This document shows positions 31,740-41,501 of a stretch of 64,000 nucleotides of DNA, one piece after another. Origin of the DNA: Leptospira sp. (GTDB lineage: Bacteria; Spirochaetota; Leptospiria; Leptospirales; Leptospiraceae). The stretch lies in contig JAWXAQ010000030.1 of assembly GCA_034439575.1 (NCBI GenBank), positions 1-64,000 on the forward strand, written 5' to 3'. The notes beneath the pieces were generated by a model. It saw only the letters and a program-made list of their open reading frames with translations, was not told the DNA's origin and ran no database searches. The translations under genes were made by a program, and so were the position numbers. The stretch's first letter is position 1. Each line of letters starts with the position of its first letter.

Positions 31740-33754
31740 TTATCTAGGTCCTTTTTGACTTTTTTAAGTTTGGCATTTATTTTTTGGGACTCTTCTGGAT
31801 CTTTGGTTATCTTATATGCTTGGTTTAAATAAAATTCAGCTTTGACTAAATCGCCTTTATTGGAATATACATCACCCAAATGTTCAAAGATAACAGGATC
31901 TTCCTGATCCCTATCTCCAGAAACCTGTTCTGCAAAATGTAAGTGTAACAAGGCTTCGCTCAATCTGTTTTGTTTGAAATAAATCCAACCAATACTATCT
32001 TGGTAGGCCGCATTATCAGGTTCGAGATTGGTTGCTTTGATTAACAATTCTTCCGATTTTTCTTTATTAATTCCTTTTTCCGCATAAAGATAACCAAGAT
32101 AATTATAAGCATTGGCATTTTCAGGGCTAAGTTCTATAGATTTCTGAAAATATTTTTCTGCATTTTTGAAATCCTTTTGTTTATCATAAGCAATCGCTAA
32201 ATAAAAAACATGATTTGTGTTATTCGGATCTATTTCTACAGCCTTAATAAAAGAAGGTAGGGCATTTTTATAATCTTCTTTTTGGGAGTAAAGTATACCT
32301 TTCATATAATGATAATCTGCCGTGTTTGGGTGAGCGGTTATGAGTTGATTGATGATTTGAAGTGATTCATCAAATTTTTTTACGTTTTGGCCCATAAGTA
32401 AATAAGCCATTCTTAAATTCAATTGGTCGTTATACGATTGTGGGTTCGAACTTTCTTTGGCCGCGCGTAGAACTAAAATCGCGGATTGGATTTTATTTTG
32501 CGCTTCTTTACAATGTGAAATTTTTTCGTAGAGGATAGGAATATCTTTATTCAAATCGCTTGTATCTTTTGCAATTTTCAAAGCCCGAGAAAAATACTTT
32601 TCTGCCGTCATATATTGTCTATATTGAAATGCCCATTGCCCTGCATCTAAATTTGCTTTGTACTTTTTATTGGTATCAGAGGAACTGATCAAATCAGCAT
32701 ACAGTACTTGTGCCGAAAGACGATTGGGATTTTTTTCTAAGAATTTTAAAACTTCTGTTTCTAAACCATTTACTTCGCCTCTTAAATATTTAAAGATTAA
32801 AAGTATGATTCCTTCTTTGGGTATTTTTTTTTCTAAAGTTAAAACGGTAAAATAATCGCTAGAAAAAACGCGCGAATCTAAAAAATACATTTCACCTAGC
32901 ATATGCGAGGCGTCAATTTCTCTTGGATTCAATTCTCTGATCTTAGATAGAAATTTTTTCGCAGATCCAAATTCACCCAGTGTAAAATAAATCTGCGCCA
33001 CTCGAAATAAAACTTCCGTATCGTTCGGTGCAAATACCAAATAATTCCTGTAATGCTCTATCGATTTGCGAGAATAATCTAATTTGTAATTTAAATCACC
33101 GAGAAACTTTAATATGGTGGGCTTTAATTTGGAACCTGAATCTCGTTTTTGGATCACATCATTTAATGATATAAAATACAAAACAGATCGATTCCATTGT
33201 TTGAGATCATAATAAATATTTCCCAAATAAAAAAGAAAATCCAAATCAAAGGGATAAGATTTAAGGTTTACTTCAAGCACCTTAGCCGCAGGTTCTAAAT
33301 CTCCTTTTTTTAAATGGATGCGTGCCTTTTGTAATATAATTTCCCTTGGAGGAATTTTGGGAGCATCAAACATGCGATAGGCGTTATCACTCCAAGTCAG
33401 GGCTTGGTCAAAATTACCAAGTTCTAAATAATTATTGGCAAGCGACATGGCACTAATGTAGGTCGGACCTAAGTTTTTTTCCTTACGACAAACATGGTAT
33501 TTATCAAAAAAGGAAATCGATGTTTCGAAATGCGATTTTGATTCCTTAACTTTGTTTTGGTCCGCTTTATGAAGACCATCTCTTTGTTCCTGAAAGGCGC
33601 GAGATAAGAAAAATTCATCAGGTACGCCCTTTTCTGACAGGGAACAAGACTTAATTTCACTGGCAGGTGCGGCTCCAAGGGACGAAGAAAGTATGGCTAC
33701 AGTGAAGAAAAATGAATAGAAAGGTTGCTTGGTTTGGTTAATTGCTTGAAACAT
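31736..33754 (-). CDS. Exported TPR-repeat protein
   Basis: Many TPR units (FYLGNIYY, AYNYLGYLYAE, YQDSIGWIYFK, EHLGDVY). ATG 33754 is preferred because a signal-like segment follows it. Confidence 0.88.
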   Translation of the reverse strand: MFQAINQTKQPFYSFFFTVAILSSSLGAAPASEIKSCSLSEKGVPDEFFLSRAFQEQRDGLHKADQNKVKESKSHFETSISFFDKYHVCRKEKNLGPTYISAMSLANNYLELGNFDQALTWSDNAYRMFDAPKIPPREIILQKARIHLKKGDLEPAAKVLEVNLKSYPFDLDFLFYLGNIYYDLKQWNRSVLYFISLNDVIQKRDSGSKLKPTILKFLGDLNYKLDYSRKSIEHYRNYLVFAPNDTEVLFRVAQIYFTLGEFGSAKKFLSKIRELNPREIDASHMLGEMYFLDSRVFSSDYFTVLTLEKKIPKEGIILLIFKYLRGEVNGLETEVLKFLEKNPNRLSAQVLYADLISSSDTNKKYKANLDAGQWAFQYRQYMTAEKYFSRALKIAKDTSDLNKDIPILYEKISHCKEAQNKIQSAILVLRAAKESSNPQSYNDQLNLRMAYLLMGQNVKKFDESLQIINQLITAHPNTADYHYMKGILYSQKEDYKNALPSFIKAVEIDPNNTNHVFYLAIAYDKQKDFKNAEKYFQKSIELSPENANAYNYLGYLYAEKGINKEKSEELLIKATNLEPDNAAYQDSIGWIYFKQNRLSEALLHLHFAEQVSGDRDQEDPVIFEHLGDVYSNKGDLVKAEFYLNQAYKITKDPEESQKINAKLKKVKKDLDK

Positions 33755-35064
33755 CCGTGGATTCCGGCAAAGTTCGGGAACAGGGACAATCCTTGAACCA
33801 GATCTTCCGAGAAAATTTAAAATACATTCTGGCCGTTCTCTTCGTGTGGGCAATCACTTTCCCATCGATTCTCCAAAACAAAGATAACATTCTGGCCACC
33901 ATCAACTTATGGTACAACAACCTATCTGGTTACCCAAACCCGAGGATAGCGCACCAATTGGCTCATAAAGGGGATGAAATCCTACAAGGTAGACAAGAAA
34001 GATCGGGCGGATTTTTTTCTAATCTGACATCTCTTGTCTCATCTGATGATTCGGGGAAGTCCATGGGCCTACCCTTAGACCTGCAGATTATGGAAAAATC
34101 ATGTTTGTACTATAGATCCAAAGAACATATAGAAGAAATATTTTTAGAACCTACTTGGTTACAAAAATCGCAAACTTGGAATTCTCGGTTGTTCCGAAAT
34201 GCAAAACCCGTTCCCACAGACGAAGTTTCGCTCGGACCCAATCCCAAGGAATATTGGAATTCTCATATCGAAGCTGTGCTTGAGGCATTGGACTATTACA
34301 AAAGAGCCCTTCGTTTTTCAGGTCCTGAATTTATCGTACCTAAAAAAATAGAATCTGTAGCTTGGGCAGTTTGTCGGCCAGCGGAGATCTTACTTGCTTA
34401 CAAAACTCATATGTTGGAAACAGAAAAATATGTTTTTGATAAACTGGATAAAGAAAATAAACTTCCGACCAATTTAAAGAACGCGAGCGAATTACAAAAG
34501 TTAACTGTGATACTATCTTCCATTAAAATAGGTAGTTTTCCAGAAGTGAATCAAAATGATTATTTAGAAAGTTTACTTCGCCAAATTCTTCTCACTGGTA
34601 TGAAAAATTTTTCTCCGAGAGAGATGGATTCAGTCTTTGAACGAATTCTATTTTTTGTAGGTCACGATGACAAAGAATATTTAAAATTTATGTTAAGGCG
34701 TGGGGATTTATTCTTTTTACTCGGAAAAGAAGAACCAGTTTATTTTAAAAAAGCTATCTCACAATACCAAGTTTCCGCAAATATTAAGTTAGCTGAGAGT
34801 GACGAGACAGTAGATTTGCCGATTCTTTTAGTACATCAATTTGAATCCACACTTGCTATTACTAAATGTTATCACGAATTAGGTGATGACAAAAAATCGC
34901 TTACAATTTTGGATTCTCTTATCCCAAGACTTAGAAATGTAGACCAAAGAAGTGTGGGTGGGGTCAAGGTGCAGATTCTAAATGACTATATTCAAACAAA
35001 AGTCGCAGTCTTAAGGAAACTAAAAAGATATGAGGAAGCAGATGAAATTCTTCAATCGGAATAA
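33742..35064 (+). CDS. Membrane-anchored hypothetical helical (TPR-like) protein; start uncertain (33742, 33757 or 33793)
   Basis: 440-aa ORF with an N-terminal TM helix; its stop abuts the ATG of the next gene. Confidence 0.75.
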   Translation: MLETSVDSGKVREQGQSLNQIFRENLKYILAVLFVWAITFPSILQNKDNILATINLWYNNLSGYPNPRIAHQLAHKGDEILQGRQERSGGFFSNLTSLVSSDDSGKSMGLPLDLQIMEKSCLYYRSKEHIEEIFLEPTWLQKSQTWNSRLFRNAKPVPTDEVSLGPNPKEYWNSHIEAVLEALDYYKRALRFSGPEFIVPKKIESVAWAVCRPAEILLAYKTHMLETEKYVFDKLDKENKLPTNLKNASELQKLTVILSSIKIGSFPEVNQNDYLESLLRQILLTGMKNFSPREMDSVFERILFFVGHDDKEYLKFMLRRGDLFFLLGKEEPVYFKKAISQYQVSANIKLAESDETVDLPILLVHQFESTLAITKCYHELGDDKKSLTILDSLIPRLRNVDQRSVGGVKVQILNDYIQTKVAVLRKLKRYEEADEILQSE

Positions 35065-36180
35065 ATGATTTATCTTGATTATAATGCCACTCACCCACCC
35101 ATTCCCAAAATATTAAATGAAGTTAATGAAAACTATTTAGCTGAATTTTATAATCCTTCTGGTGCCACAAGGTATTCTCTAAATAACCAAGGAAAGATAG
35201 AAGAGTCTCGGAAATATTTTTCATCAATCACAGGAATTCCTGAAAAAAATATAATTTTTTCTTCCAGTGGAACTGAGGCAAATTATTTATTGATCCGATT
35301 TCTGACACAGAATTTTATAAACTTAACTTCTGTCATAGTCAGTCCCTTTGAACATCCGAGCATATATTCCGCATTAGATGACCACAATCTAACAAAATAT
35401 ATCTTAGAGACAAACAAATCGGGAGTCATTCTACTTGATCACTTAGAAAAACTATTAGAAAAACATCCTCGTCCCATCATTTGCCTAGCTGTCGCGAATG
35501 AAACGGGAGTGATCCAACCTAGTGAAGAAATTGCCGCTCTGGCCAATCGGTATTCAGTGCCGTTTTATAGTGATTTGATGCAAGCCTTTGGAAAACAAAA
35601 GGTAAACTTTGATTTATTCTCAGGATTCACTTTTTCTGGACATAAAATTGGTGCGGGAATGGGAGCATCTCTCACTGCCGTTCGTCACTTAACAGATAAC
35701 ACTCATATCTTTGCTGGGGGCAACCAAGAAAATAACCATAGGGCGGGTACGGAAAATTGGCCAGCAATCATAGCCTTTCAAAAAGCAAGTGAATACCAAT
35801 TGGAACAATTGGAATCAAAAAATTCTAAACTGAAAAGATTTCAAAATATTTTGGAAGCATTTTTGGTTTCCCAAAAATGCGAAATCATAGGAAAAAATGC
35901 AAATCGATTGCCTAACACTAGTTTTGTTTTATTGCCTATAGAAGAAATCGATTTTTTCCTTTTGGGATTGGAAGAAGCGGGTGTGATCGTCTCCACGGGT
36001 AGTTCTTGCAAATCTAGAGCCAGGGAAGCTTCGAGTTCCCTATTAAGTATGGGTTATACTAAGGAAGAGGCATTACGTTGCATACGCATTTCAACTGGAA
36101 TCTTCACTACAGAAGATGAGATACATATTTTTTGTGAAAAGGCACGGGAACTTTTGATCACTTTTGGTGTGAATCATTAA
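35065..36180 (+). CDS. Cysteine desulfurase, NifS/IscS family
   Basis: MIYLDYNAT, SSGTEAN, EHPS, NETGVIQP, SGHK (PLP Lys), RAGTEN, STGSSC. Confidence 0.93.
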   Translation: MIYLDYNATHPPIPKILNEVNENYLAEFYNPSGATRYSLNNQGKIEESRKYFSSITGIPEKNIIFSSSGTEANYLLIRFLTQNFINLTSVIVSPFEHPSIYSALDDHNLTKYILETNKSGVILLDHLEKLLEKHPRPIICLAVANETGVIQPSEEIAALANRYSVPFYSDLMQAFGKQKVNFDLFSGFTFSGHKIGAGMGASLTAVRHLTDNTHIFAGGNQENNHRAGTENWPAIIAFQKASEYQLEQLESKNSKLKRFQNILEAFLVSQKCEIIGKNANRLPNTSFVLLPIEEIDFFLLGLEEAGVIVSTGSSCKSRAREASSSLLSMGYTKEEALRCIRISTGIFTTEDEIHIFCEKARELLITFGVNH

Positions 36181-36181
36181 A

Positions 36182-37540
36182 ATGAAAATTCGCATCATCA
36201 CCAAACCGAGTAAAGCTGGCAATCCAGATATTCCCGATGGGGAAATCATATGGGAAGACAGAAAAAATTCTTTTTCCCCAGTAGAAATCATCACAGCCTT
36301 AGATGGTAAAAAATTAAAAATTTTCTTACAGGATTGGAATCAATTTTATGTAAGGACGATGCAAACAAATCTAAGTAAGGATGAGTTAAACCAAAAATTA
36401 TTCAAAAAATCTCAGAGTTTGGAACAAATCGTATTTGGAAATAAAGAATTACCGTGGAAAACAAAACAATTTAAATCAGAAATTTTTTTACAAACAGATC
36501 CAGAATTTACATCTTACCCTTGGGAAATTCTTCGCACCGATAAAGATTTTTTTTTTGAAAGACCAAATTTTTATCGAGGCATAAGATCCAATAGACGATT
36601 CGAAGGATCAGCCCTTGGTAAAACATTTTTATTAATCCAAAACCCAGTCTTAAAGGAATTAGAACAGAGTGTTAAAAAAGAATCGAGTCAGATTTCTACT
36701 TTGTTTGAAGATGATAAAAGTTACCCACTAAGACGGATTAGGCCAGAGAATCTACAACTCCCAAAATTTTGGGAGGAAATTTCAGAAGCAAGTTTATTGC
36801 ATTATAGTGGCCATACAGAAAAAACAGGAATCCCGTTTCCGAAAGATGACATAGTACTCGGGGAAGAAATCGGCCAAGCCAAACTTTCTAATTTAAACGT
36901 TGTATTTTTAAATAGTTGTCATTCTGCTTTTGAAGGTGAAAAAACAACTGGACTCGCGTCTCAATTTTTGAATTCGGGGGCAAAACACGTATTAGGTTTT
37001 TTAACACCAATTGAAACGGAACTAGCTGAAAAAATCGGATTTCAATTTTGGAAATCTTTTAAAAAAACAAAGAATGTTCAAAAATCCTTTAGATTTACTA
37101 AAACTTTATTATTAAAAGGAAATAGTGCAGAAATCTTAAGTAGCCTTTCCTTTGTATGTTTTGCACCAGAAGAAAAAAATAAATTCAAAAATATTCTATT
37201 TATATTTCTATTCTGTTTACTTTTACTGATTGGGCTTTTCTTTTTTGAGGCATCAAAGAATCGCTCTACTAAATTAGAAAATTATAATTTACCTGAATCT
37301 AAAAACATCGAAAAAAATACAAAAATTAACGAAGAGAAACCAAAAAAAATAATATTAGATAGCCGGATCGCTTCCCTCAAAAATCCCCAATTCCGAAATC
37401 AAATTTATACCTTTCTAAACGAAGAAAACCCCCTACTTTCTAAATCCGAGCGAAAACAACTCGTTGAAGAAATATTAAGTGGTGATGAAAATGAAGAAAT
37501 GAAATACTATCACTTTAAAATTGAAACGGGAATCAATTGA
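36182..37540 (+). CDS. CHAT-domain (caspase/HetF-like) protease with C-terminal TM anchor
   Basis: YPWEIL, LLHYSGH (catalytic His), VFLNSC (catalytic Cys), GLASQFLNSGAKHVLG; TM helix ILFIFLFCLLLLIGLFFF then a charged tail. Confidence 0.88.
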   Translation: MKIRIITKPSKAGNPDIPDGEIIWEDRKNSFSPVEIITALDGKKLKIFLQDWNQFYVRTMQTNLSKDELNQKLFKKSQSLEQIVFGNKELPWKTKQFKSEIFLQTDPEFTSYPWEILRTDKDFFFERPNFYRGIRSNRRFEGSALGKTFLLIQNPVLKELEQSVKKESSQISTLFEDDKSYPLRRIRPENLQLPKFWEEISEASLLHYSGHTEKTGIPFPKDDIVLGEEIGQAKLSNLNVVFLNSCHSAFEGEKTTGLASQFLNSGAKHVLGFLTPIETELAEKIGFQFWKSFKKTKNVQKSFRFTKTLLLKGNSAEILSSLSFVCFAPEEKNKFKNILFIFLFCLLLLIGLFFFEASKNRSTKLENYNLPESKNIEKNTKINEEKPKKIILDSRIASLKNPQFRNQIYTFLNEENPLLSKSERKQLVEEILSGDENEEMKYYHFKIETGIN

Positions 37541-38556
37541 TGGTTCGATATTTTTTATTTTTCTTTGTCCTGCTCGTTTTTTTTTCAAACTCCTTATTTT
37601 CCCAAAATAAGGAAGAAAAGGAGTGGGAGGATTTTTTAAATACTAAAATTCCTTTAACAAACATTAGCCCTATTTACCAGGAAAATTTCCATAATTATGG
37701 AGAAAATGAGATCAATGTAGAGAAAGATTTTTTATTGTCACGTTGCAAATATGAACAAATTAAAAGTTTAAGTAAACTCCTAGAATCATTTTCGAATATA
37801 GATGCCATACTTTTGCTTAAATCCTGTAAAAATATAGATCCCAAAAATATCAAAAAGGTCGAATCGATATACAAACAAAAGATATACGATTTAATCAAAT
37901 TTCCAAAACTAGAATTGATATCATCGGAAAAAGAAGACCCCGAACTAAACTTATTGCACATCCAAATTCTAAATTTATGGGAAGAACGAGTTTATTTTTA
38001 TTCCAACTTTTATAACCCACATGCACTATCTTTTTTAGCTGAAGAAAAAACATTCACGGAAGAAATCAATCGCATCGTTTATTCTGATATGAATCAGATC
38101 AGAAGGATTTCCCTTTTAAAAAAAATGAAAGAGGATTTGATTAGGAATCAAAAATCCATATACCTATCCTTTTCCCATTCTGAAATTAATCCTTTCCAAG
38201 CAAAAACTCTCATTGAGGAAAATCAAAAGGTACTTTCGGATTTATTATCACTTTTCACTATTTTCCTAAAAGATTCAGAACTCCCCACATTAAACAAAGA
38301 CAACTTACTTGCATGGCAATCTTGTTTAAACGAATTGGACATAAAGACTCCAAATGTAAGATTACTTGCCTTTTATGGTTTTTTTGAAGACTATAAAAGA
38401 TTCAAAATGGATTCATTCCCCCCTGATAGTAAAGAAGTAGTCTCCATTCGTCTTTTTTTAAGAAAAAATCTCTATCAGGCTCATCATTTTTCGGGACGGA
38501 TAAACTATGCTTTAAATACTTGCAGAAAGATACTAAAATTCACTACGAACCAATGA
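37537..38556 (+). CDS. Exported hypothetical protein
   Basis: Signal peptide (YFLFFFVLLVFFSNSLFS-Q); overlaps both neighbours by 4 nt. Confidence 0.72.
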   Translation: MMVRYFLFFFVLLVFFSNSLFSQNKEEKEWEDFLNTKIPLTNISPIYQENFHNYGENEINVEKDFLLSRCKYEQIKSLSKLLESFSNIDAILLLKSCKNIDPKNIKKVESIYKQKIYDLIKFPKLELISSEKEDPELNLLHIQILNLWEERVYFYSNFYNPHALSFLAEEKTFTEEINRIVYSDMNQIRRISLLKKMKEDLIRNQKSIYLSFSHSEINPFQAKTLIEENQKVLSDLLSLFTIFLKDSELPTLNKDNLLAWQSCLNELDIKTPNVRLLAFYGFFEDYKRFKMDSFPPDSKEVVSIRLFLRKNLYQAHHFSGRINYALNTCRKILKFTTNQ

Positions 38557-39122
38557 GCGACGACATTCGACATTTACTCGATGATTGTATTCTTGGCAAA
38601 GAGAATGCTTGGAAATCATTTATACTACGATTTCACAAGTTAATTACAGGGACAGTAGCCCACTACGTTCCACAATCAGAAATTAGCGACACTGTCCAGT
38701 TAGTTTATTTACGCATAACGCATAATGATTTTCAATTAATTCGTAAGTTTAAAGGGGAAAGCCTTCCTGCATTCATTGTCTATTTGAGTGAAATCGCAAA
38801 AAATGTAAGTCTATCACAAACACGTGTCATTCGTCGTATGGATTTTAGAGAAGGCATAGGCTTAGATGATACGATCGATGTTTTGGATGAAAGGGCGATC
38901 CCAGAAAGTATCTATTTTGAGTTAGAAGAACAGAATGAAGTTTACAAACACATATCCAAGTTAGATGAAATTCACCGCGAAATCCTTATTTTGCGATTAA
39001 AAAGTTACAAATTTAAAGATATTGCTGATATTTTGGGAGTTCCACTAGGTACGGTGCTTGCACGTGCTAATCGGGCGAAAGAAAAATTAAAAAAAATCGT
39101 CCAAAAGGAAATAAAGGACTGA
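38553..39122 (+). CDS. ECF-type RNA polymerase sigma-70 factor
   Basis: ATGA overlap with the upstream stop; AWKSFI, DTVQLVY, region 4 HREILILR...FKDIADILGVPLGTVLARANRAKEKL. Confidence 0.92.
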   Translation: MSDDIRHLLDDCILGKENAWKSFILRFHKLITGTVAHYVPQSEISDTVQLVYLRITHNDFQLIRKFKGESLPAFIVYLSEIAKNVSLSQTRVIRRMDFREGIGLDDTIDVLDERAIPESIYFELEEQNEVYKHISKLDEIHREILILRLKSYKFKDIADILGVPLGTVLARANRAKEKLKKIVQKEIKD

Positions 39123-39140
39123 TTGGAAGACATCTATTAT

Positions 39141-39674
39141 ATGGAAGCATCAGACAATAATTCATTTATGAACAAACTCAAATTGAAAGAAGCACTGTAT
39201 CTTATGAGCCAGGGCAATGAAGCCGATCCAGAAACTGTAAATCAAATTCTCGCTCAGATATTGCCAAAAGCTGATTTCAAACAAATGATCTTGCTTCGCT
39301 TCAAAGAAACGATTTTACAAGTCATGACTCACGAAACCAAGGCCTTCGAACTCCACCCAAACCTGGGTCTATCCTTTCGTGGAGAAACTGCCACCATATA
39401 CAAGTTAAATCGTGAATTGAATGACCGTCAGGTGACTTTTTTACTCTCTCCGAACGCAGAGCAAACCGAAATCCATCTGGCGGTAGAGATGAACCCTCCT
39501 GCCAATTACCGTGTAAAATTGAAACTGGATGGGGATACGATCGAAACTCTATCTGATCTGACAAAAGAAAAAGCCTTTGATTCCCCCATCACGGAAGATT
39601 CTGCCCCAGAACTCGTATTTTTTGAGCAAAATAGAGAAATTGGACGATTTCATTTAATTTTAGAAATAGATTAA
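39141..39674 (+). CDS. Hypothetical protein directly after the ECF sigma (anti-sigma candidate)
   Basis: Soluble ORF with a helical N-terminus, an FRG motif and a beta-rich C-terminal half; ATG 19 nt after the sigma stop. Confidence 0.7.
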   Translation: MEASDNNSFMNKLKLKEALYLMSQGNEADPETVNQILAQILPKADFKQMILLRFKETILQVMTHETKAFELHPNLGLSFRGETATIYKLNRELNDRQVTFLLSPNAEQTEIHLAVEMNPPANYRVKLKLDGDTIETLSDLTKEKAFDSPITEDSAPELVFFEQNREIGRFHLILEID

Positions 39675-39782
39675 TTTTTTTTCCATTCCGTGCAATAAAT
39701 CTCCCTACATTTGTAATTTATAAATGTAGGCATTGTTTTAAAAACTTTGGATCCTACTTTCTTTTCCAAACTAGTTTAATTT

Positions 39783-39811
39783 AGACCCGACTCATGAGTC
39801 GGGTTTTTTTT
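39783..39811 (+). terminator. Intrinsic terminator between convergent genes
   Basis: ACCCGACTC-AT-GAGTCGGGT followed by a T run. Confidence 0.85.
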
Positions 39812-40907
39812 AGGCATTGATGCGGAAGTAAATGACATCCCCGTCTTGGACTACGTATTCCTTGCCTTCGATGCGGAGTTTTCCTTCATCTTTCACCTTG
39901 GCTGGGTCCCCAGTGCGATCTACATCCTCAAACCGCATCACTTCAGCTCGTATATATCCCTTTTCAAAATCTGAGTGGATCACCGCCGCCGCTTGCGGTC
40001 CCGTGCTACCATTTAAAGTGGTCCAAGCTCTGACTTCTTCCACACCAGCTGTGAGAAATGTGATCAAACCGAGCAATTTATAAGATGCCTGGATCATTCT
40101 TGTCAGACCCGATTCCGTTTCACCGATTTCGGCAAGGAAGGCTTTTTGGTCTTCTTTTTCTAGACCAGAGATTTCTTCTTCAAAACGACCACATAACACT
40201 ACCGATTCGGCACCTTCTTTGGCAGCGTAATCTTTGATAGTTTGGACATGAGGATTTTTTGAATTTTTCACATCTGATTCTTGAATATTTGCAACATATA
40301 ATACTGGTTTAATGGTAATCAAATTGAATTTTTTCGCAATTTTTAATTCTTCGTCATTTAGTTTAACAGACGCTGCACGAAATCCTTTTTTTAAGGCTTC
40401 TAGTATCTTGTCCATGACTGCCGCTATTTCTGCGGCTTCTTTATTTCCCGCTTTGGCAGATTTAGCAATGCGTTGTTGTTGTTTTTCTAAGCTATCAAGG
40501 TCAGCTAAAATCAATTCATAATTGATCACAGTAATGTCTTCAATAGGATCAACTTTTCCATGAACATGCGTTATGTTTTCATCTTCGAAGGCACGAACCA
40601 CATGACAAATAGCTTCTACTTCACGTATATGAGAGAGAAATTGATTTCCAAGTCCCTCGCCATCGCTTGCCCCTTTGACAAGTCCCGCGATATCCACAAA
40701 TTCAATGGTTGTGGGGAGGATACGTTTTGGTTTATAAATGGTCGCGAGTCTTTCTAAGCGCGGATCTGGAACTTCTACAATGCCTGTGTTCGGCTCAATC
40801 GTGCAAAAAGGATAATTTGCCATTTGAGCACCCGCTTTCGTAAGCGCGTTAAAGATCGTAGACTTACCTACGTTCGGAAGACCAACAATACCACAATTCA
40901 ATGCCAT
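39810..40907 (-). CDS. ychF: Ribosome-binding ATPase YchF
   Basis: [39 protein letters not shown]. Confidence 0.98.
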   Translation of the reverse strand: MALNCGIVGLPNVGKSTIFNALTKAGAQMANYPFCTIEPNTGIVEVPDPRLERLATIYKPKRILPTTIEFVDIAGLVKGASDGEGLGNQFLSHIREVEAICHVVRAFEDENITHVHGKVDPIEDITVINYELILADLDSLEKQQQRIAKSAKAGNKEAAEIAAVMDKILEALKKGFRAASVKLNDEELKIAKKFNLITIKPVLYVANIQESDVKNSKNPHVQTIKDYAAKEGAESVVLCGRFEEEISGLEKEDQKAFLAEIGETESGLTRMIQASYKLLGLITFLTAGVEEVRAWTTLNGSTGPQAAAVIHSDFEKGYIRAEVMRFEDVDRTGDPAKVKDEGKLRIEGKEYVVQDGDVIYFRINA

Positions 40908-40958
40908 AAGGATAGGTTTGAAAATTGAAGCCTTGAGACAAGGAAAAATGTGAGCTTA

Positions 40959-41477
40959 TCAATTTGGCATAAAGCCTGTTTCCAAATAGATATAGGTTAA
41001 ATAACTGCAGAAAAAAATAACGGTGCTAAAATAAATAAAGAGATACACTTTACCAATTTTTTTCCAAGGAGCACGACTTGCTAATTGAAACGTTTCTATC
41101 GTTTGTGCCGAATTATAATTTTTAAATAGCGAATCTCTTGGTTTCAAATTAATTGCATCGCATAGATTTTTTAATATTTCTTCGCGTCTCATTTCATCTA
41201 AGCGAAAAAATTCAGCATGATCACCTTTATTTAAAATTTCTAATACACAATGCGGGATCTCATACATTTTAAATAGTATGATTCCCGAAAAGGAAGTCAG
41301 AAGTGCCAGGTAATTTAAAATCACAATCGCGGGGCTTGCCGTATATGATACCGAAAATAAAAAATATAAAAATAAAATCAAAAAAGTATAAGATACAATC
41401 CTTCTATAAATCGTAACGCGCGTTATCCATTTTTTTTCCTTCAAATAATCATTATAAACTATATCTTGTGAAATCAT
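40959..41477 (-). CDS. Membrane hypothetical protein
   Basis: 172 aa with three TM segments. Confidence 0.7.
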   Translation of the reverse strand: MISQDIVYNDYLKEKKWITRVTIYRRIVSYTFLILFLYFLFSVSYTASPAIVILNYLALLTSFSGIILFKMYEIPHCVLEILNKGDHAEFFRLDEMRREEILKNLCDAINLKPRDSLFKNYNSAQTIETFQLASRAPWKKIGKVYLFIYFSTVIFFCSYLTYIYLETGFMPN

Positions 41478-41501
41478 ATTTGTATCAGTATAAAATTTTC
41501 C

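Noticed and set aside
36182-39674. Type III-E CRISPR (Craspase) locus
   Set aside because: No Cas7-11, other cas gene or array in the window. Only the protease/sigma logic is analogous.
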